Positions 58,190-64,000 of a DNA stretch of 64,000 nucleotides are shown here, one piece after another (position 1 is the first letter of the stretch; each line of letters starts with the position of its first letter). The notes under the pieces were generated by a model. The model was given only the letters and a program-made list of their open reading frames with translations. It was not told the origin of the DNA and made no database searches. Made by a program: the position numbers and the translations under genes. Origin of the DNA: Planktothrix sp. GU0601_MAG3 (GTDB lineage: Bacteria > Cyanobacteriota > Cyanobacteriia > Cyanobacteriales > Microcoleaceae); assembly GCA_035193785.1 (NCBI GenBank), contig CP136572.1, forward strand, positions 5,117,706-5,181,705, in the 5' to 3' direction.

Positions 58190-58531
58190 ATGCCAGCCGT
58201 TGCCAATAAAATTCAAGCCGAAGATTTACGCGCCGCTTTAATTGCCGTTGGAAGCACCATCACTGTTCCCGCTTTGGGATATCCAGACGGAACAGACGTT
58301 ACCAAAGCTGTTTATGAGTTTGTTGAGGCTGTTTTGCAAGCTCAAATTGCTCAAAATGCAGTCGGGGGCGCGGGCGAAGATGTTGCCCTAATCACCAAAG
58401 GTCAAGGAGCATTAACTAGCGTCGAATATCCGCCCGCAAGTGGAACTTTTTATAATGTTCGGCCCACTGTGTACAGCGTTTCTGTTCAAGCAGTAGAAAC
58501 GATTTCTACCGTAATTCCGCCCTTAGTTTAA
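58190..58531 (+). CDS. Small Ala/Val/Thr-rich hypothetical protein; candidate major structural protein
   Basis: 113 aa, low charge, downstream of the candidate promoter and an AGGA RBS. Confidence 0.7.
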   Translation: MPAVANKIQAEDLRAALIAVGSTITVPALGYPDGTDVTKAVYEFVEAVLQAQIAQNAVGGAGEDVALITKGQGALTSVEYPPASGTFYNVRPTVYSVSVQAVETISTVIPPLV

Positions 58532-58568
58532 GGTTATTTATCACAAATTTATTTAGGGTTAAACAATA

Positions 58569-59244
58569 ATGGCTAAAACTAATATCTATGACGACCGCAA
58601 GGTTAGAAGCGTTGACGTAACGCATCCTAGTAGTAGCTCTGTAGGGTTTACTTACTTTTTCAAAACTCCGGTAGACAGTAGCGAAGTGACGGTACTTGGA
58701 CAGAAAAATTGGAAACCAGGAGCCGCCGTTACCGGATTAAGTTTTCCAGCAATTATGGGGACGCGAAAACCTCACCCTATACGAGTAAAAAATAATGCGA
58801 AAGGTATCACTACTTTTTGTGCGACGGCTAAACTTGAAGCAGCCAAAGCGGCTGGCTGGTCAAGGGCAAAAAAATCCGCATTTAACGTCAAACGCTCCAA
58901 TACATTCCCGAGTGCAGGAAATTTACGAGGGGCATTAGTTGTTTATGTAGCCGTTTCCTAGTGGTGGAGTTAATCTTAAATGGGGTTGGAAAATGCCTTT
59001 TGCTCAGGCATTAAAAATCGGAATTACCGACCTAGGTAATTTAGGAATTAAAATTACTAATACAGATGCGGAATGGGCTGATTTAGTATTAGGTTGCAAT
59101 AGCGTTCGCCCGCCCCGCACGTCTAAAACGGTTTTTGATGGTGCTACCGGAAAAGAAGACACCATTACAACTTTTTACGATCCTTCTGTCACTCTTGCCT
59201 ATCCGTGGAAGCCTGCGGGTGGTGGCTCCATTTTTGAAATTTAA
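58569..59244 (+). CDS. Basic hypothetical protein of about 224 aa with two internal repeats (two ORFs joined; frameshift near 58955)
   Basis: Removing one T gives VYVAVPSGGVNLKWGWKMPF; G....P.R...ITTF...W occurs twice. Confidence 0.65.
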
Positions 59245-59249
59245 TTAAT

Positions 59250-59534
59250 ATGCTGATCATAATTCCCGAAAATCCCAAATTCCAAGAAACATTAGACAAT
59301 ATCCCATTCTTTTTTGGAAAATTGCAAAGTGAATCTAGTGAAATGCTTAATTTAGTTGTTGACTCAGAAACCAGATTAATAAGAGCAGCTTCTGAGAGGG
59401 AATTTACAGAATATTTATGGGGGGGAGAATATGATCAGCTATTATCCGACTACGAGGAAGAAGAAGAGCTAACAAACCTATGGAATGGATATCAGGAGGA
59501 CTCGTTTATCCAAACGTTAGTAGCTGGGTTTTAA
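59250..59534 (+). CDS. Small acidic hypothetical protein
   Basis: 94-aa ORF with operon-like spacing. Confidence 0.55.
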   Translation: MLIIIPENPKFQETLDNIPFFFGKLQSESSEMLNLVVDSETRLIRAASEREFTEYLWGGEYDQLLSDYEEEEELTNLWNGYQEDSFIQTLVAGF

Positions 59535-59797
59535 CCCCCATAGAAATACCTTCTGAATCTAATCTGATAAAATTAACCTGGATGTCAGAAGGCTTAATAA
59601 TCAAATCCAGGCTTTTGCTAAGACGAGCGTTTATTAATGGAGAAGTGTCAGAAGCAAAAGTTATTTATCCTTCTGACAAACCCATAGTTTTTGCATTTAA
59701 TGACTTCAATGGTTTTAACTATCAAATCGGGGTAAAAAAAATCGTAAATAAATGGACTTTGCGAGAGCATTTTGCTGTTATGGTTCATTATCAATAA
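59480..59797 (+). CDS. Small beta-rich hypothetical protein
   Basis: 105-aa ORF overlapping the upstream ORF by 55 bp. Confidence 0.55.
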   Translation: MEWISGGLVYPNVSSWVLTPIEIPSESNLIKLTWMSEGLIIKSRLLLRRAFINGEVSEAKVIYPSDKPIVFAFNDFNGFNYQIGVKKIVNKWTLREHFAVMVHYQ

Positions 59798-59810
59798 GTA
59801 AAATAAAGTA

Positions 59811-60074
59811 ATGTCACCTACCTTTCTCGCTATAATCATAATCTCCCAATCAATTTTTGATTTGATAATTTTAACATTTGTGATAATAAAAATGTCACAA
59901 ATTATTAGCAGTCAAAAGCAAGCTGAAAAAGATATAAATGAGGTATGGAAATCCCATAGACTGGTCAAATCCATGGTTTATGGTGCTCATAATCGGCTTG
60001 TTGCTAAGATGGAATCCACCTTAGCTAAAAACAATGTTCATACTGACTTTGGTGATGTAATTTTAAAGGATTAA
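59811..60074 (+). CDS. Small single-TM protein (holin-like or virion membrane protein candidate)
   Basis: N-terminal hydrophobic helix followed by an amphipathic helix. Confidence 0.6.
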   Translation: MSPTFLAIIIISQSIFDLIILTFVIIKMSQIISSQKQAEKDINEVWKSHRLVKSMVYGAHNRLVAKMESTLAKNNVHTDFGDVILKD

Positions 60075-60079
60075 TAATT

Positions 60080-60466
60080 ATGTGGACAACTTTTTCTAAA
60101 ATTTCAACTACTCAAAAAATATTAATCCCTGGGGATTATGGGGCAGTTTCAACGATTACCATTCCGGCTGCTACCGTAGAAATTCCTTCTACTGAAATTG
60201 AAATTATTCCAGCAGACGCGCAAAACACTGTACGATTTGCGAATTTAAGCATTGAAAATAAAGTTGATTCTAACGGTGATCCAATTTCGATATATGTTGG
60301 AATCGGATTTTCGCCAACACCTTTACTGTACAGTTTTGAAATGCTATCGGGTCAACAGCAATATGTAATGCAAATCAACGGCCAGCAAATAAAGGCGATT
60401 TGCGAAACGGGTCAAACCGTTAAAATCAACGTTCAAATTGCAAACGCGACCATCAAAACGTTATGA
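60080..60466 (+). CDS. Small beta-sandwich-like hypothetical protein
   Basis: IIPA...RFANLSIEN...SIYVGIG...MLSGQ. Confidence 0.65.
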   Translation: MWTTFSKISTTQKILIPGDYGAVSTITIPAATVEIPSTEIEIIPADAQNTVRFANLSIENKVDSNGDPISIYVGIGFSPTPLLYSFEMLSGQQQYVMQINGQQIKAICETGQTVKINVQIANATIKTL

Positions 60467-60973
60467 GAAGTTGGTCAACTTATAAACCTGTCGGACAAAA
60501 TAGCTGGATTAACTTACAAGATAAACCAGCTATTTTGTCCGACAATCAAATAAATTGGGGCGAAATCCAAGGCAAACCAACAATAGAAAGTATAACAGAG
60601 GGGGTTTTTGCTCCTCTGCTAACTGATTCTAATGGGTTAGTTTCATGCGTCAACTAGCGCCACCGGAAAATACAAGAAAATTGGCAATGTGTATAATTTT
60701 TTTATAGCATTAACAGTTGCATTGCCTATAAGCGGTAATGGAAATCTTTTGTTAAATCTCCCGTTTAGCTGCCTAGATAATCAGTCTATACACGGGTATT
60801 TTATGGGGACGATAAGCAACGTAAACCCATTGTTTTTAACACAATCTAATCAAATACAACTGATGTTTCAAGGTGGCACAGCCACCTTAACATTATCACC
60901 TTTGAGAAGTAGCAATCTTAAATCTACCGGATTGTTTACTCTGTACTGTTCCGGTAGCTTGTTCGTTTTTTGA
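60463..60973 (+). CDS. Short fibre or receptor-binding-like protein (two ORFs joined; frameshift near 60645)
   Basis: WINLQDKP and WGEIQGKP repeats, EGVFAP.L, GKYKKIGNVY, LNLPF, a pattern typical of phage fibre tips. Confidence 0.6.
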
Positions 60974-61054
60974 AGTTCTACGAATCCGGGCATATTTTGC
61001 CAACTTTAGGGAATGCAAACTCTCTGAGTAGTGTCGTTGGTCTTAAAATAACAT

Positions 61055-61085
61055 AAACCCCAACTGGTTCAAAATGTTGGGGTTT
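61055..61085. terminator. Bidirectional terminator between the convergent island modules
   Basis: Perfect 10-bp stem aaaccccaac/gttggggttt. Confidence 0.7.
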
Positions 61086-61105
61086 GAATTTTTATTTGTT
61101 ACATA

Positions 61106-61459
61106 TTAAAGAGTTTCAGTTGGTTGAAAAGTTAAGTAAATTCTGCCGTCGTTTCCTTTTGGGGGACGGCATGGATAAACAGAAGAAGACTCCACAGAAC
61201 AAAACCCCGCATCATTCATTAACTCAGTTAGTTTTTCTGCTACATTCTTAACTTGATTCTTGTCATACCACACCCGAATTTTAATTAGCTGGCTGGGTGG
61301 GTCATTCTGTTCTCCTGGGGTATAAATCCACCGAGATATATTAGAGTCCCAAAAATATCCTTGATCCTGCAAATGGTTGTACAGTTCATCACTGGATATA
61401 TGGGTAAATTGGGAATCAATTTCTAAGGCTCTGGTATATTTCAATGTTCGGCGACTCAT
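61106..61459 (-). CDS. Hypothetical protein
   Basis: 117-aa ORF; LQDQGYFWDS....W and YPCRPPK..DGRIYL. Confidence 0.7.
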   Translation of the reverse strand: MSRRTLKYTRALEIDSQFTHISSDELYNHLQDQGYFWDSNISRWIYTPGEQNDPPSQLIKIRVWYDKNQVKNVAEKLTELMNDAGFCSVESSSVYPCRPPKGNDGRIYLTFQPTETL

Positions 61460-61462
61460 GGG

Positions 61463-62137
61463 TTAATCTTCCTCTAGGTCAAGATAGGATTTAATATCAT
61501 TTAAAATTTCTTTTCCCTCTGCATACCGCCGCCCCTTAAATCCCATCACATCTTTAATAATGTCAGAATCTTTTAAGCCGTTTTCCATTGCTTCTAATAC
61601 GGGTTCCGCAAAAAGTTCCAAGTTCCGTTCCCGTTCCGTTCCCCTAGAAAGTTCCGCGTTCCCGGAACTTTTGGAACTTTCGGAACTTTCTGGGAACTGC
61701 CGATGAACGCTAGTGTCTGAGAGTTCCACCTCGGAACTTTCTGGGAACTCGGTAACGGGGGTTAAACTGCTTTGGCGTTCGGTTAAAACAAATTGTGCGA
61801 TTGCAGTATTAGTACCTTGAGCTAAGAACAAATCACTTGCTATTGTGTGCTTAAATTCAGCAATCTCTCGCTTATTCATTGCATCAATTTTGGGCTTTAT
61901 TTTCCCCAATTTGTTAGAAAAATAGAGGGAACTTGACCCGACTAGGATGGCATAGCTGATAGAGCTAAACCGAAAGAACCTGTGCCAACTGTTTGACTCT
62001 GGATTGCGAGTCAAAAACGGAACGCAAAACCACATAGGAATGGCAGTGGTAAGGGCAATAATATTGATGGCGTGTAGTAGTTTCCAGTTCTGTTTTATGG
62101 CATCGGTTTGGGCGACCGGGTTAATTACCGTGACCAT
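61463..62137 (-). CDS. Two-TM protein with Ser/Glu linker and C-terminal HTH-like helical domain
   Basis: Likely start MVTVINP at 62137; C-terminal DSDIIKDVMGFKGRRYAEGKEIL. Confidence 0.7.
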   Translation of the reverse strand: MVTVINPVAQTDAIKQNWKLLHAINIIALTTAIPMWFCVPFLTRNPESNSWHRFFRFSSISYAILVGSSSLYFSNKLGKIKPKIDAMNKREIAEFKHTIASDLFLAQGTNTAIAQFVLTERQSSLTPVTEFPESSEVELSDTSVHRQFPESSESSKSSGNAELSRGTERERNLELFAEPVLEAMENGLKDSDIIKDVMGFKGRRYAEGKEILNDIKSYLDLEED

Positions 62138-62391
62138 TGAATTAACCCCCCAACGAGTAAAGCGATCGCAAAACCAACAACGATTAAACCTGTAAAAATC
62201 CAATCCTGTGCTTCTGGGTTCCGAGTGCAATAGATGACGGTTCCTGCGATGCCTAAACCCAGAGATAAAATGAGTGATACCCAAAACGCGGGTTCTCTCA
62301 AATCTTGAATTAACCTGGCCAGGAGAGAGGCAAGGGACGCGCTACTTGCTATCAGTAAAAAAAAGCCAATTATGCGGTACAGTTGAATCAT
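62125..62391 (-). CDS. Small three-TM membrane protein
   Basis: 88 aa with three hydrophobic segments. Confidence 0.65.
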   Translation of the reverse strand: MIQLYRIIGFFLLIASSASLASLLARLIQDLREPAFWVSLILSLGLGIAGTVIYCTRNPEAQDWIFTGLIVVGFAIALLVGGLIQWSR

Positions 62392-62410
62392 TAAGCAATC
62401 CTCATGCTAG

Positions 62411-62447
62411 ATAAACCCGTGAACAGGGGTAACGTTCACGGGTTTAT
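62411..62447. terminator. Strong intergenic hairpin (terminator or processing site)
   Basis: Perfect 14-bp stem ataaacccgtgaac/gttcacgggtttat. Confidence 0.7.
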
Positions 62448-62450
62448 TGT

Positions 62451-62942
62451 TTATAGTTGACCCATTAAGTTAGCGATCGCTTGATCGGCGGCGGTGGCAG
62501 ATTTTTCCAAGCCTTGTCCGAGTTTGGCGTATTCGGGGCGGAGGGAGTGCAAATATTTTGCACTGGTGTTTTTGTACCCTTGGATACGCTTCTCATTTCT
62601 GGCTTCATTACGGCGGTATTTTTCGTGATGACGATTCACTGCCGTTTGATGATTACCAATTTTCTCCAACTTTTCATAAGCCTTTTTACTGGCTTTACGT
62701 TTCATCCGTTCCTGTTTTTCTAGTTCAGCTAGTGCGTCGGCTTCATCTTCATTGAAAGCCCGTGCTTCTGTCACGACGGGTGCGGCTCTGTAAGCCGTCC
62801 AATTTCCAGGAGAGTCCGGGGTAATGGCGTTAGCTGCGGATTTACTATGAACATTTCCCGCATCCAAGCCGCTGGCTTGACCCTGTACGGGTGCAACGTT
62901 GCCACCACCATTAAAATCATTACCTTTGAAAAATCCAAGCAT
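62451..62942 (-). CDS. Hypothetical protein with basic coiled-coil
   Basis: 163 aa; AGGAG RBS upstream; helical C-terminal half. Confidence 0.75.
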   Translation of the reverse strand: MLGFFKGNDFNGGGNVAPVQGQASGLDAGNVHSKSAANAITPDSPGNWTAYRAAPVVTEARAFNEDEADALAELEKQERMKRKASKKAYEKLEKIGNHQTAVNRHHEKYRRNEARNEKRIQGYKNTSAKYLHSLRPEYAKLGQGLEKSATAADQAIANLMGQL

Positions 62943-62968
62943 TATTAAAACTCCTATTGGGTTTGCAA

Positions 62969-63244
62969 TTAAAAAGGGATATGGTCGTAATTATTGCGGT
63001 CATAGGGGGGCTTGATCATGGGATCAAACCATGCAGCCTTTACCCAGTAGTAGTGATAAAGATATTCGTCCAGGTTCCAGCGAAATAACCACCTTTTTTC
63101 CCAGACTGTTTCAGAGTCAACCCCCTCCTTTTTTATGATCTCAAAATTGAAATAATCAGGGGAATATTTAACCCGAATTTTAAAACAAGTTAAACTTTCG
63201 GTTAACAGATAGAGATTGAGATCGGCTCGTATCATTGTGATCAT
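62969..63244 (-). CDS. Hypothetical aromatic-rich protein
   Basis: 91-aa ORF ending DHIPF. Confidence 0.5.
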   Translation of the reverse strand: MITMIRADLNLYLLTESLTCFKIRVKYSPDYFNFEIIKKEGVDSETVWEKRWLFRWNLDEYLYHYYWVKAAWFDPMIKPPYDRNNYDHIPF

Positions 63245-63428
63245 TAAGACTGGACAGATTAACAGGATTCAGAAAATAACCTGCTAAAAAACAGAACAAC
63301 GGAATAAGCCAAGGTGCTGTATAGCTTAGAATTCCGGGTGGGTGTTTCATTTCACATCATCCCCCCGCCGTAGGGAAAAATAGAAGTGTCTGATGAATCT
63401 CTTGATACTTCCGAAAGAATTAGTTGTC

Positions 63429-63980
63429 TCAATTTCCCTTGCCAGTTCCTTGTAACTTTTTTGGGCTGTTACCTCCATTAGAAGGTTGAAACTTTTCCGA
63501 ACTGTTTAACAGTTTTGGTTGATGCGGTGCGAGGCATTGATTGATGACGTTATCAAGGGATTCATAATCACAGTTGATAATGTTTTCATCCTCTTGAAAT
63601 GACCGCAAATTAAAACGGTCGTTAGATTGATTAAGAGCCTTTAACCTTGACTGATAACGCTCTCCATTAAATCCAGTGGAAAGATTATTCAAAACTGAAT
63701 CAATGGCTTTTGCCTGTAGGTTTTTGGCAATAGTGTCAAAAATGCCACTGGCTTCTAAAGCCCCCCAGATTTCCGATTCAATATTAAGAGCGATCGCGTC
63801 TCCATAACCGCCTTTAGTTGACAGGGAATTTTGTTTGGCTTCCAAAAATAACTCAATCATTTGACGATCTGACAGTTCTGGGTTTTGGGTTCTCAACAGC
63901 GCCAATCGCACCACGTCATTAACGGACGGATTCAAACTAATTTCTTGCTGTATCAAGAGAGTTTGTGCTGATTCGAGCAA
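63429..63980 (-). CDS. Hypothetical protein (true start may be outside the window)
   Basis: 183-aa ORF reaching close to the window edge. Confidence 0.6.
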   Translation of the reverse strand: MLESAQTLLIQQEISLNPSVNDVVRLALLRTQNPELSDRQMIELFLEAKQNSLSTKGGYGDAIALNIESEIWGALEASGIFDTIAKNLQAKAIDSVLNNLSTGFNGERYQSRLKALNQSNDRFNLRSFQEDENIINCDYESLDNVINQCLAPHQPKLLNSSEKFQPSNGGNSPKKLQGTGKGN

Positions 63981-64000
63981 CGCTAAATGAATGTTTAACC

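Larger units (their letters stand above)
50800..64000. mobile_element. Putative integrated virus-like element or genomic island (right end outside window; left boundary approximate)
   Basis: Abrupt switch from housekeeping genes to about 19 closely packed hypothetical ORFs in two convergent blocks; fibre-like and beta-rich proteins. Confidence 0.7.

Noticed and set aside
63180..63350. 56-aa minus-strand ORF with one hydrophobic segment (MKHPPGILSY...)
   Set aside because: It is short, overlaps the 91-aa ORF and has no independent support, though it could be real

Overview
Cyanobacterial chromosome segment: HIP1 GCGATCGC sites are frequent, and chlP, raf1, a cpcT-like lyase, ycf46/ycf35 and tab2 are present. 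The low GC and repeat types suggest a filamentous Oscillatoriales such as Planktothrix (inference). About 1-50.7 kb is mostly housekeeping: glyA, lysA-cdaA-uppS, rimI, pgi, chlP, ycf46 operon, znuA/znuC plus a P1B ATPase, sppA, fni, prmA, serA and raf1. Intergenic regions carry many short tandem and palindromic repeats and one MITE-like element. About 17 conserved genes are split by frameshifts (single extra bases where checked), best explained as sequencing or assembly error rather than pseudogenes. Two accessory regions stand out. (1) At 19.1-26.3 kb is a tandem Type IIG restriction-modification locus: one full gene, a nuclease-deleted copy with a different specificity domain, and a 47-bp remnant of a third copy. 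Both long copies carry an 18-bp in-frame insertion inside a HIP1 site. (2) From 50.8 kb to the window end is a tightly packed island of about 19 unannotatable ORFs. It has a co-oriented module resembling virion structural genes (internally duplicated proteins, three copies of a small beta-sandwich-like domain, a fibre-like protein, membrane proteins) facing a convergent module. I recognise no terminase, portal, HK97 capsid or tail-tube gene, so it is a candidate uncharacterised, possibly non-tailed, provirus. Product calls come from motif recognition by eye; no searches were run.
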